Sequence record: CP021245.1 | Direction: 5' to 3' (one strand) | DNA: 32,000 bases | Shown: positions 1 to 9,878 of the stretch, piece by piece | How the letters are laid out: each line of letters begins with the position of its first letter | How positions within the stretch are numbered: position 1 is the first letter of the stretch | Notes under the pieces: model-generated | Seen by the model: only the letters and a program-made list of their open reading frames with translations | Database searches by the model: none | What the model was told of the DNA's origin: nothing | Made by a program: the position numbers and the translations under genes

Positions 1-39
1 TATTTATAATTATAATATATATTATTAGTTATATAATAG

Positions 40-82
40 CCCCGCGGCTCACCCAACCATACGGTTGGGTGATGCCGCGGGG
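40..82. repeat. palindromic GC cluster, family CCCCGCGG-CTCACCCAACC-NTACGG-TTGGGTGATG-CCGCGGGG
   Basis: The sequence ccccgcggctcacccaaccatacggttgggtgatgccgcgggg is read directly. Near-identical copies lie at 9576-9624, 10641-10689 and 14005-14051. Confidence 0.9.
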
Positions 83-1354
83 AGGATATTACCAATTATT
101 CCTCCCTATCGCACACACATGGTGCGTAGGGAGGGGAACATAACATGTAATTGGAACATATAATTACTATATAACTATATAATTACCATTAATATTATTA
201 TTATAATATTAATAAACCCCGCGGACTTATCCTCTGATAATTCCAGGGGATAAGTCCGCGGGAAAAGTATTCAATTGTCTATATGGAGAATCAAAATTAT
301 AAATAATATTAATATAATTTAATAAATTAATATAATATATTATAATCTAATAACCCCCACGCGGGTCCAACCATAGGGTTGGATGACCCGCGTGGGAAAT
401 ATAATATTGTATCCCGCGGATTATCATTCTTATGATAATCCGCGGAATTATATATTAATTAGATCTTATTTTTATTAATATTATATACAATTATTATAAT
501 AATTAATAATATAATACTAACCCCGCGGACTCCACCCCCTTAAAGGGGTGGAGTCCGCGGGAAATATAAATACATAATACATAATATAGAATATATAATA
601 AAATATATATAATTACTTTATGTCCCCCCCCACGCGGCATAGTATAACCAATGCCGCGTGGGGTTATTAAATAAATATAATTTGATCTTATATAGATGAT
701 AGTTTAATTAGTAATTAAATTTTATAAATTTAATCCTATTATTAGATTTTAGTATAAAATAAACTATAATTATCTCTTTAAAACTACTTCGTATTTATAT
801 GCATTCAATACTTATTATTTATTAATTTAGCTTTCCTACAATGATTAATATATATTATATATATATAATATATATATATATAAAAATATAAACTAATATT
901 AATTATAATTAATCAATAGGTACACCATAGATTAATTCATTTTGATCCTTGCGTACTAAAAATGAGATTTAAATTGATAATATTCCCTATAGAAGATAGA
1001 AACCATACTGATTCACATCGTATTTAACCCAACTCACGTTACCTTTTAATTGACGAACAGTCAAACCCTTCCTAGCACTTACAACCAGGAGGATAGGTAG
1101 AGTCGACATCGAGGTGGCAAACATAACTTACAATATCTACTCTTTCGTTATATTACCCTGTTCAATTTTGTTTTATAATTATTTTTAATTAATTATTTCA
1201 ATATATTACTATATTGTTCAGACTATGTCATTATTAAATAATATATAATATTATCTAATATTGGGCACTCGTGGATAAATTATTGTTAACCTAACTCATT
1301 ATCTAGTCGTTGAACGTTCTTATAAAATATTTATTATAATAATAATAAATCTAG

Positions 1355-1401
1355 CCCCGGAGGGCATCGTCCGACCGTATGGTCGGACGAGCCGTCCGGG
1401 G
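1355..1401. repeat. 47-bp CCGG-type GC cluster inside the rnl intron
   Basis: The sequence is ccccggagggcatcgtccgaccgtatggtcggacgagccgtccgggg. It equals the reverse complement of the cluster at 19452-19498 (cox1 intron 3) except for 1 nt. Confidence 0.9.
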
Positions 1402-1486
1402 AGGTTATTATAAGCTTCGCTGCAAATTGTCCATATTATTAATAAATAATAATATTAGGAGTTTCTTGCAATTCACCCAATTTACT

Positions 1487-1516
1487 CCCCGCCTTTTACT
1501 AAAGTAAAAGGCGAGG
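1487..1516. repeat. short palindromic GC cluster inside the rnl intron
   Basis: The sequence ccccgccttttactaaagtaaaaggcgagg is read directly. Confidence 0.8.
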
Positions 1517-2598
1517 ATAATTATATATATATATATTTTTATATATTTATTATATATATATATAATGGGACAAATATTTTATCCCTAGCGTAACTTTTAT
1601 TCGTTATCAATAACCATTACAATCAGTGTTATTTGTTCATTATGCCATACTTACGTACTTGTTTCACTTGTAAGTGTTACAATTGTTGCACAGTTATACC
1701 ATTATATTAATTTAATATAGTTTTATATTATTGTTTTCATGACAATTTTACTGTACATAATTTTTTCTATTATTTACCTTATTTATATTATAAATAAAAT
1801 AATATAAATATGGATATTTATAATTATTATATATAATTTATAATTTTACTAAAATAATATTATAAAATATATATGGACTTATTCAGATACTTTTGCTGAA
1901 AATGACGCCCCATCAAAACTACCAATTAGAGATTGTTTCTTTAATTATATATATATATTATAAAAAAGTATAATATATATATATAATAATATTTAAGAAT
2001 ATTATATCTATTAAATATATTATATAAAGATAAGAATTATTATAAATATATATATAAATATATATATTATGATATTTAGATAAGTATTTCATTTGAATAT
2101 AATCTATTACTTAATATACTGAACAAAATATATAATAATTCGATCTATCTAATTACAGTAAAGCTGCAAAGGGTCTTTTCGTCTTACTACAGGTACACAG
2201 CATCTTCACTGCGATTTCAATTTCACTTAGCTTAAAGGGGAGACAGTTGTTGTATCATTACGTCATTCATGCAGGACCACAATTATTGGCCTAGGAATTT
2301 CGCTACCTTAGAACCCTCATAATAAGGCTGCTATTTACTTAAATTTAATTATATATATCATAATAATAATATAATTTATGAATTAAGCATGGAGCAGAGT
2401 TCACACCTTATACTATAACTTAACGTTTTTGCAAAGTGCGGTGTTTTTAGTAAACAGTTGGACAACCTTGTTTTTATTACTCTTTTTTGACTAACGTTAG
2501 AGCTATTTTTGCCGAGTTCCTTCCCTTTAATTATCTAATTCACCTTCATATTCTCTACTAACATACCAGAGTCGGTATACATTACGGTATCTTATATA

Positions 2599-2630
2599 CC
2601 CCGCCCAACTCTTATAAAGAGTTGGGCGGG
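2599..2630. repeat. palindromic GC cluster inside an AT-rich variable region of the rnl exon
   Basis: The sequence ccccgcccaactcttataaagagttgggcggg is a perfect hairpin with an AT-rich loop. Confidence 0.85.
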
Positions 2631-4032
2631 AAAACATACTATTTCTTGATTTTTATTAGTTTATATATATATAATAAAAATATGTATATTTATTAGAATT
2701 ATCCTATCGTATTATATATTTATATTCATATATTACTTAAGGGCCGTACTTTTATTGTTAAACCTTATGCTTTAGGTGAAAAGGATTATACCTTTTTTTC
2801 GTTACTCATGTCAGCATTCTCTATTTAATTAATTTATATATATTTATAATTAAAATATATATATTATTCATTAAATGTTCCACTACCATATTATTATATT
2901 AAATATTATATAATAATATATAGATATTCAGTTAGATAATTATAAATTAAGATCCGTTATATTATTTATTTACATAATTATTAAAAAAAAGTAATAATTA
3001 TGGTTTTAAATATTATTATTATATATAGATCAGTGCATTGTTACATGTTCATTAAAAAATGGTTATTGTCAAACCCATTAACTGATTGTATTATAATATT
3101 TAAATATTTATTTCACTTATTATCTAATTTAGAACTTTATATCTTATTCAGGGCTGTTTCCCTTTAGACTATTCACCTTATCGCGTATAGTCTGACTCCT
3201 TATATTTTATTAATAAACATTTCGAGATTAAATACCTTTGATAAAATAACAATTATTCCCCAAATAATATTTATAGCTGTACCATTCTTTATTATTTTAT
3301 TAAATAATAATATTAAAAATTATAAGGGCTATACTAACATATATTTCGTGGAAAACCAGCTATTTGCGAACCAGATTTGTCTTTCACCGCTTAACACAAC
3401 TCATCAGATGATATTGCAACATCAACCTGTTCGACCGTTTCCGTCTGGTCATATTAAGATCGTCCGCTTTCGGGTCAATTAATATTAACTAATTATTTAT
3501 ATATAAAAATATATATAAATTATATATACAATGTTTATATTCAAATTATTTATAATAATTTAATTATTATTTTGCTAATACTAATTACTTGCTGACCCAT
3601 TATACAAAAGGTACGTTATTAATATATTAATATATATTTATAACTGCTTATAAAATAACCAATTACTTATTTTCCCTTACGGTACTTAATTTGCTTATTA
3701 ATAATATTTAGTCTTAGAACTAGTTTGTCCTATATTCTTACATAATATGTTTACATAATACTTAACTTATTATATATAATAATATATATATAATTTGACT
3801 ATATTATTTTCTCTCACCAATACTCATAATATCTCTGTTGATTTATATTCTTTAAGTTACTTAGATGTTTCAGTTCACTTAATTTATATTTTATTAGGTT
3901 TACCTTAGGTTTTAAAAATATATATATAAAATATATATTTTATTAGTAACCTATTATTATTAATAGCTTTTATAATCCTTGATTATCTCTTTAAATCTAT
4001 ATAAGAAATATTTCAAATTATATTTATTTAAT

Positions 4033-4041
4033 TACTTATAT
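4033..4041 (-). promoter_or_regulatory. yeast mitochondrial promoter nonamer ATATAAGTA for rnl
   Basis: The plus strand reads tacttatat, which is rc ATATAAGTA. Its last A coincides with the position where similarity to the S. cerevisiae 21S 5' end begins. Confidence 0.7.
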
Positions 4042-5650
4042 TATTTATATTATATATTATATATATATATTTAAATTAACCCCGCGGACTTATCCCAATA
4101 AGGTGTATACCGGGGATAAGTCCGCGGGAGAAGAGATTATATTATTATTTATATCCCCTGCAAATATATACTATATTTTCCTACCTATCACACTCATATG
4201 GTACGCAGATATTGAAAGAATAATATTCATTTCTCCCCCCTTTACACGTAAAATCTACTATATAATTATTATGCCAACCCCGCGGCTCCACCCCCCCCCT
4301 TTAAGGGGTGGGTGGAGCCGCGGGGAATATTTAATATATAATATACTTATTATATTAATACATATAAATATTATAATAATAATAATTAGAATAATAATAA
4401 TTAGAATAACGGCTCTCATCCTACTTTTGTAGGATGAGAGCCGAGGAGAATGATATATTCCCCGCGGATTCCTTTGAATCTGCGGGGTTAATTATATCAA
4501 TATTTTAGATCTATATAAAATATATATCTTACTAACAAATTCCCTGCAAATGCGACTCACCCGACCCTTTATGAGGGTCTGGTGATGTTGCGCAGGGTTT
4601 AGATATTTTATATATAATAATATATATTATATTATAATACAATATATTATAATATATGGTTAGGGGTCCCCCCAATTTATATATCATATAAATTGGGGGG
4701 GAGAATAAATATATATAATTTATAATTTGTGAGGGTTACTAATTATATAATATAAAATTTATTATATATTTCTATATATAATAGTAATAATAATAGATAA
4801 AATTAGTTAGCCCGCGAATACCAGATGGGGGTATTCGCGGGCAATACTTAATAATATTCTTTAATTATATTATATATAATATAATTATATATTAAAAATA
4901 AAAAAAAAAAAAAATAGAATTATTATTATAGATATGTCCCCCCCCCATCACCATTAATATGGTGATGGGGGGGGATGAAGAATTACTTATTATCTTTTTA
5001 TTTTATTAGATATATAAAATATGTTATAAATTATCTTTTTCCCCCCCCAACCCATAACATGGGTTGGGGGGGGAAAAGAATCCCATAATATATATATATT
5101 ATATCCCCATCTTCCTCCCTGTCGCACACATATGGTGCGTAGGGAGGGGGTAGCATAGAATGGATGGAAATCATATATTTAGTATTACTATATATATCTA
5201 AAAATATATTTATATTGTATATATAACTTTAGTATATATATAAATATATTATTTTTATATAAATTACAATATATTAGTTATATAAGGGGGTATTCCCGAT
5301 TTTCATAGCATGGAAATCGGGAATTTCATATAATTATAGATATGTATACCCAATCTCATAGCATGAGATTGGGTAATTATTTTTTTTTATTATATACTCT
5401 TTACCTATCTTTAAGGGATTACTATTATATTTAGATATAATTAATAAAAATAATATTATTATTAATATTTACCCCCCCCCCAATTCCGGCCCTCTCTACG
5501 ACTTACTTACGTCGTGGAGGATATAAGCCGGAATTGGGGATTATATAATTTAAGAATTTACCCAATGTGTATAGTATGCACATTGGGGAATATATATATA
5601 TATAATATAATTATATATTATATACTAATTATAGATATTATTGAATATTA
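4042..5650. repeat. intergenic tract with about 15 palindromic GC clusters separated by AT spacers
   Basis: Clusters read directly include 4080-4128, 4278-4325, 4410-4445, 4460-4487, 4542-4597, 4663-4700 and 4811-4841. Further clusters start near 4936, 5041, 5104, 5286, 5348, 5471 and 5560. Confidence 0.85.
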
Positions 5651-5668
5651 TTATTTATCTTTATTCAG

Positions 5669-5724
5669 ATAGGATAGATTCGAACGTCGGTTCCATAGGA
5701 ACCAAGGTTCGTAATCCATCCTAT
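5669..5724. repeat. 56-nt imperfect palindrome built from a duplicate of the tRNA-Pro 3' half
   Basis: Positions 5661-5685 (ttattcagataggatagattcgaac) are identical to 5747-5771, which is the 3' acceptor and T arm of trnP plus 4 nt of flank. The copy continues as its own near-inverted repeat around the centre ggttcc-ata-ggaacc. Confidence 0.8.
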
Positions 5725-5750
5725 ATATTTATATTATTATTTTAATTTAT

Positions 5751-5822
5751 TCAGATAGGATAGATTCGAACTAACTAACTCTTTCTCCCAAAGAAAGCGC
5801 CTAACCCTTCGGCCTCTATCTG
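5751..5822 (-). tRNA. trnP: tRNA-Pro (anticodon UGG)
   Basis: The rc folds as a cloverleaf. The acceptor is CAGATAG/CTATCTG and the anticodon stem is CTTTC/GAAAG. The anticodon loop is TTTGGGA with G37, the T loop is TTCGAAT, and the discriminator is A. Confidence 0.9.
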
Positions 5823-6011
5823 TTATTATATAAGCATATTTATATTATTTATTTCAATCAAATATATATTATATATTTTATTATTAATTAATTAATATTT
5901 ATATATATCAAATATATATTATATATTATTATTTATGATTATTTATATTAATTATATTATATTAATAATATGACTTCCTATATATATTATATATTATTAT
6001 TATTATATAAT
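5823..6011 (-). ncRNA. rpm1: candidate minimal mitochondrial RNase P RNA (the interval is the whole trnM-trnP spacer; true ends unknown)
   Basis: The rc contains AGGAAGTCAT (rc of about 5970-5979), resembling RNase P CR-I (GGAAAGUC). It also contains ATATGCTTATAT (rc of about 5828-5839), resembling CR-V (GGCUUAU). The position between tRNA-fMet and tRNA-Pro matches RPM1 in S. cerevisiae. The rest is nearly pure AT, so no structure could be verified by eye. Confidence 0.45.
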
Positions 6012-6083
6012 TAGCAATAATACGAGTTGAACGTATATGTTTAGGTCATGAGCCTAATATGTTACCAATTACATTATATTGCT
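6012..6083 (-). tRNA. trnM: tRNA-Met (anticodon CAU), initiator-like
   Basis: The rc has acceptor AGCAATA/TATTGCT, D stem ATGT/ACAT and anticodon stem TTAGG/CCTAA. The anticodon loop is CTCATGA and the T arm is ATACG-TTCAACT-CGTAT. By memory it closely resembles S. cerevisiae mt tRNA-fMet and shares its synteny. Confidence 0.88.
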
Positions 6084-6156
6084 ATAAATTGACCCATTAA
6101 CGTGGGTCATCCACACCCATATAAGGGTGGATGACCCGCGTGGGTAGTATATATAT

Positions 6157-6229
6157 AAGAAATGAAGAGAATCGAACTCTAAATGTGTAGATTTGCAATC
6201 TAACAGTTTAACCTTTAAACAACATTTCC
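6157..6229 (-). tRNA. trnC: tRNA-Cys (anticodon GCA)
   Basis: The rc has acceptor GGAAATG/CATTTCT (G1-U72) and D stem GTTT/AAAC. The anticodon loop is TTGCAAA and the T loop is TTCGATT. The discriminator is U, as is typical for Cys. Confidence 0.85.
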
Positions 6230-6232
6230 TCT

Positions 6233-6241
6233 AACTTATAT
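6233..6241 (-). promoter_or_regulatory. promoter-like variant nonamer ATATAAGTT 4 nt upstream of trnC
   Basis: The plus strand reads aacttatat. The same variant sits 8 nt upstream of trnT (13989-13997). It has one mismatch to the consensus, so this is tentative. Confidence 0.35.
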
Positions 6242-6440
6242 ATATGTATTATATCAATATAATAAATATTATATCTATATTTCCAACCCGTATTATTATA
6301 ATATGGGTCGGAAATGATGATAATTATTATTATTATTATTTATTATTTTTTATATTATATCAACCCCGCGGCTAATACCCTTAAAAGGTATTACCAGGAG
6401 AGAAGTCCGCGGGGGGACGTCCCTTAAAGGGTGTGGTAAA

Positions 6441-6695
6441 TATATAGGGAATAATAATTACTTATAATATATCCCGCCCCCATATTCAATTATATATGGG
6501 GGCGGGATTAACTATTATTATATTATTTTTATATTATCTATAATAGTTATATAATAAATATATTTAATATAAATAATATAATTATATATGAATATATATA
6601 TATATTTATATTCCCCGCGAACTCCCGATATTATCGGGAGTTCGCGGGGTTATATATTAATTATTATATATTTAATATTATAATTAATAATAGTT
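6441..6695. repeat. segmental duplication, copy A (partner at 9491-9811)
   Basis: By-eye alignment shows the same order of AT spacers and two GC clusters (6473-6507 and 6613-6649). Both copies end in ...taattaataatagtt. Confidence 0.8.
6459..6467 (-). promoter_or_regulatory. promoter-like nonamer TTATAAGTA upstream of the trnC-trnM-rpm1-trnP group
   Basis: The plus strand reads tacttataa. In the duplicated copy at 9491-9811 the motif is mutated to tactaataa. Confidence 0.4.
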
Positions 6696-7055
6696 CCAAT
6701 TGTACCAATAAATACGGAACCCCAAAGGAATATTATATAATCAGTTTTATATTATATATTAATATATAATATACGTAAATTAGTATTATTATTAAATAAT
6801 ATATAATATATATATATTATACATATATTAGATAATTATAGATAATCCCCGCGGTATACATTATATGTATACCGCGGGGTAAGGTATTTATGTATTTTTA
6901 CATATATATTATACATATATTAAAAGTAAAAATTATTATATACGAATATTAGATATATTAATATTTTAAATACCCATCCCCCCATCCATTAACAATGGAT
7001 GGGGATGGGTATTTATTTTATTATTAATATATATTTTTATATATAAAATAATAAA

Positions 7056-7126
7056 CAAGGACAAAGAGACTTGAACTCCTAATGATTGATTTGAAATCAA
7101 TAGTTTTACCATTAAACTATATCCTC
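7056..7126 (-). tRNA. trnW: tRNA-Trp (anticodon UCA, reads UGA and UGG)
   Basis: The rc has acceptor GAGGATA/TGTCCTT and D stem GTTT/AAAC. The anticodon stem is ATTGA/TCAAT with loop TTTCAAA. The T loop is TTCAAGT and the discriminator is G. Confidence 0.9.
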
Positions 7127-7339
7127 TTTACCCGCGCTAATGGGTCATCTACCCCCATATAGGGGGTGGATGAACCCGCGCGGGGAGTATATAATAATTA
7201 TTATTATTATTAATTCCTACCCAACCTTCCTCACCTTCAATATCTGCGCACCATGTGTGCAACAGGAAGGTGAGCATGTTATGGGTTGGGGGGATATAAT
7301 TATTAAATTACCCATAATATTGGGTAGAATAAAAAAAAA

Positions 7340-9025
7340 GTGAATATTTAAGATATTAATAAGCCCACCGCAGGTTCCCCTACGGTAACTGTATTTCAAC
7401 TTCGCATTAATTCGTAATATTTCTTCTATATAAATAATTATATTAAATAATTATATATAAAATAAGATATATAATATAAATATAAATTTATATATTTGGA
7501 AAATATTATGTTTCAACGCGTGATGAGTGATTAGTGCGAAACAGTTAAAGTATTCACCGTAACATACTAATTTACGTATTACTAGCAATTCTTTTTTCAT
7601 AATATCGAATTTCAGATATTAATTCATATTATATATAATATATAAATATATTAAAGATTTAAATGTTTTATACTATTAATTTATTATTTATTTTTAATAA
7701 TTATATATAGTTTTGTTATCATTTAATTATAGCACGTCTATAGCCCATATTATTAGGATCATCATGATTTGTCTTAATTCCTTTCATATTAAATCTATTA
7801 GATTTAAAATATTATATATAATTTATAAATATATATATGGAGATTTGTTCGTTCATGAAACTAATCTAAAACTTTGCAGCACGAACTGAAGACAACGATG
7901 TAACGCCTGTAATTATTTATATGTATATATAAATAAATATACAAAATATGGTAAGGTTAGTCGGGGATCATCGAATTAAATAACATGCTCCACTGCTTAA
8001 GTCTGTAACCGTCTATTGTCTTGAATTTCATTCTTGCGAACGTACTCTTCAGGCGGAACACTTACATTTTCATTTTTATATTATTATATTATTTAATAAT
8101 ATATGGTGTTCATAGTTTACTGCTAGAACTACTCGGGTATCGAATCCGTATTGCTACTCTAGCCTTCGTTCCTCAATGTCAGTTAATTATTAATTAATAT
8201 TTTCACATATACCAGTCTTATAATTATCATTATTATTTCATCTTTACTATTATAATTCTTTAATTAATATTAATTAACTCTAATATATAATTAATATATA
8301 TATAATTCTACGAACTCTTTAAGCCATTATGATTAACGCTAGCCCTCATTGTTTTACCGCAACTGCTGGCACAAATTTTGGTTAGGACTATTAAATATAT
8401 ACAATATATATAAAATAAATTATATATATTATATACACTAAATATAAATTTAGTAATTAATATCATTATTTTAATTATTTATGAACTTTATTGTTAATCA
8501 ATAATATTATAATTATTTATATTTATAAAAATAAATTATATATATTAATAGATAATATATCATTCTAATAAGTAACTGGATCAATCTTTCGATCATTGTC
8601 CAATATTCCTCACTGCTGTATCATATAGATATTGACTATATTTCAAAGTCAACGTGATCGTTCTAACTTTAATTATCGATTATGGATTGTCGACTAGGTA
8701 TAACTTTTAATTTACCTACTATCATAAACCAATATTGGCTTGACTATAAACAATTATATTTAGGCCCCGCGGCCTTCTCTACGACGTTAGTCGTGGAGGA
8801 GCCGCGGGGAATATATAAATATAATCTTTATATTTATAATAATTATTTTTATTATAAATAATATAAAGCATTTAACTTTATTTATAGTTATAAATTCCAA
8901 ATTTTACTCACGGGTACACTACATATTTATTATATGGATATATAATAAACGTTTAATTTGCATGTGTCATGTCCTTATTTAGCGTTTAATCTGAACCAAC
9001 ATCATGTTCTTCTTATTATTTTATT
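7340..9025 (-). rRNA. rns: mitochondrial small-subunit (15S-type) rRNA gene
   Basis: The rc carries the 3' end GTAGGGGAACCTGCGGTGGGC (rc of 7363-7383) and the 530 loop GTGCCAGCAGTTGCGGTAA (rc of 8354-8372). The 5' region ATGATGTTGGTTCAGATTAAACGCTAAATAAGGACATGACACATGC (rc of about 8961-9005) aligns with S. cerevisiae 15S. Both ends are approximate, +-20 nt. Confidence 0.92.
8763..8809. repeat. 47-bp GC cluster inside an AT-rich variable region of rns
   Basis: The sequence is ggccccgcggccttctctacgacgttagtcgtggaggagccgcgggg. Its reverse complement is identical (47/47 by hand) to 28140-28186. Confidence 0.9.
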
Positions 9026-9068
9026 CTTTTATATCTAATTATAATAATATTAAATATTATTATTATAT

Positions 9069-9077
9069 TACTTATAT
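9069..9077 (-). promoter_or_regulatory. promoter nonamer ATATAAGTA for rns (probably also trnW)
   Basis: The plus strand reads tacttatat, about 45 nt upstream of the inferred rns 5' end. Confidence 0.7.
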
Positions 9078-9490
9078 ATTATATATAATAATTATATATA
9101 TATATTAGAGATATTAAATATATAATCCCGCGCCTCATTAATATAATATTAATGAGGCGCGTTATACCTCCGTTAGGAGATTATATCAACCCCGCGGAAT
9201 ACTCCCCTTTAAGGGGGAGTATTCCGCGGGGAATATTCTTATAAATAATATATATAATGAAGAAGAGTTATAAATAGTAATTATATGTATTCCAATCCAT
9301 GCTATACTACCCCCCCTTCCTGTCGCACACACATGGTGCGACAGGAATATGGGGGGGGTTAATTATATTTATTATATATATATAATACATATATATATAG
9401 AGAAAGATATACTCTCATCCATATATAATATATATGGATGGGGTCTAATAATATTTTTTTATTTTTATTATTATATCAAATCCATAGGAA

Positions 9491-9811
9491 ATATATAGAG
9501 AATAATAATTACTAATAATATATCCCGCCCCATATTCAATTGAATATGGGGCGGGATTAATAATTATTCTATAAGCCCCCCGCGGCTCACCCAACCATAC
9601 GGTTGGGTGATGCCGCGGGGGGGGAGCATATTTATATTATCTATAATAGTTATATAATATATATCCTTAATATTTATTATTTTATTTTTATAAATATAAT
9701 TATATATGAATATATATTTATATTCCCCGCGAATCACCCCCCTTTAGGGGGGGTGATTCGCGGGGTTATATATTAATTATTATATATTTAATATTATAAT
9801 TAATAATAGTT
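9491..9811. repeat. segmental duplication, copy B (partner at 6441-6695), carrying one extra GC cluster
   Basis: The layout matches copy A, plus an inserted cluster at 9576-9624 flanked by AG on both sides (ataAG-cluster-AGcata). The CCCCGCGAA...TTCGCGGGG cluster (9725-9765) has the same ends as the copy A cluster but a different core. Confidence 0.8.
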
Positions 9812-9831
9812 ATATTTATATAATATAAATT

Positions 9832-9878
9832 CCCCGGACGCCTCGTCCGACCCTACGGTCGGACGATGGCGTCCGGGG
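9832..9878. repeat. 47-bp CCGG-type GC cluster, forward orientation
   Basis: The sequence is ccccggacgcctcgtccgaccctacggtcggacgatggcgtccgggg. The arms differ by a conserved 1-nt bulge (gcc-tcg versus cgatggc), which defines orientation. Confidence 0.9.

Larger units (their letters stand above)
1163..1580 (-). mobile_element. group I intron at the omega (I-SceI) site of rnl, 418 nt, with no endonuclease ORF
   Basis: In the sense orientation the exons read ...CGCTAGGGAT | intron | AACAGGGTAATATAACGAAAG. Joining them restores TAGGGATAACAGGGTAAT exactly. The 5' exon ends in T and the intron ends in G (..CAAAATTG), as expected for group I. No ORF is present. Two GC clusters (1355-1401, 1487-1516) lie inside. 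Confidence 0.85.
670..4033 (-). rRNA. rnl: mitochondrial large-subunit (21S-type) rRNA gene, split by one group I intron at 1163-1580
   Basis: The reverse complement carries conserved LSU blocks. These include the sarcin-ricin loop AGTACGCAAGGATC (rc of 944-957), GTTTGCCACCTCGATGTCGACTC (rc of 1100-1122), GGTAGCGAAATTCCTAGGCC (rc of 2288-2307) and GACGAAAAGACCCTTTGCAGCTT (rc of about 2160-2185). The rc of about 3960-4033 aligns by eye with the S. cerevisiae 21S 5' end (ATTTGAAATATTT..TATATAGATTTAAAGAGATAATCA). The 5' end is set by the promoter nonamer. The 3' end (about 670) is approximate, +-50 nt. Confidence 0.93.

Noticed and set aside
690-770. Possible tRNA (TAGTTTAATTAGTAATTAAAT looks like a D arm)
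   Set aside because: There is no acceptor pairing and no T arm. The segment aligns with the 3' terminal region of S. cerevisiae 21S rRNA.
1995-2006. Dodecamer-like aagaatattata inside rnl, and plus-sense copies at 4850-4861, 9232-9240 and 11956-11967
   Set aside because: These lie within mature rRNA or in the wrong orientation with no gene upstream. The core contains the palindrome GAATATTC and is expected by chance in this base composition.
4103-4432. 109-aa plus-strand ORF from the six-frame track
   Set aside because: It runs through intergenic AT spacers and three GC clusters. The sequence is low-complexity (Ile/Leu/Pro/Gly from cluster arms) with no recognisable family. It is a chance ORF.
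4663-4700. ori/rep-like A-B hairpin (GGGGTCCCCCC-AATTTATATATCATATAAATT-GGGGGGG)
   Set aside because: It superficially resembles the S. cerevisiae ori A/B clusters. However, no cluster-C-like element preceded by a promoter nonamer is nearby. It is also indistinguishable from the many C-run/G-run hairpins elsewhere, so I could not support an origin call.
7140-7399. Two overlapping track ORFs (7140..7343 + and 7217..7399 -)
   Set aside because: They overlap GC clusters and the 3' end of rns. Their composition is dictated by cluster arms and they show no homology signal.
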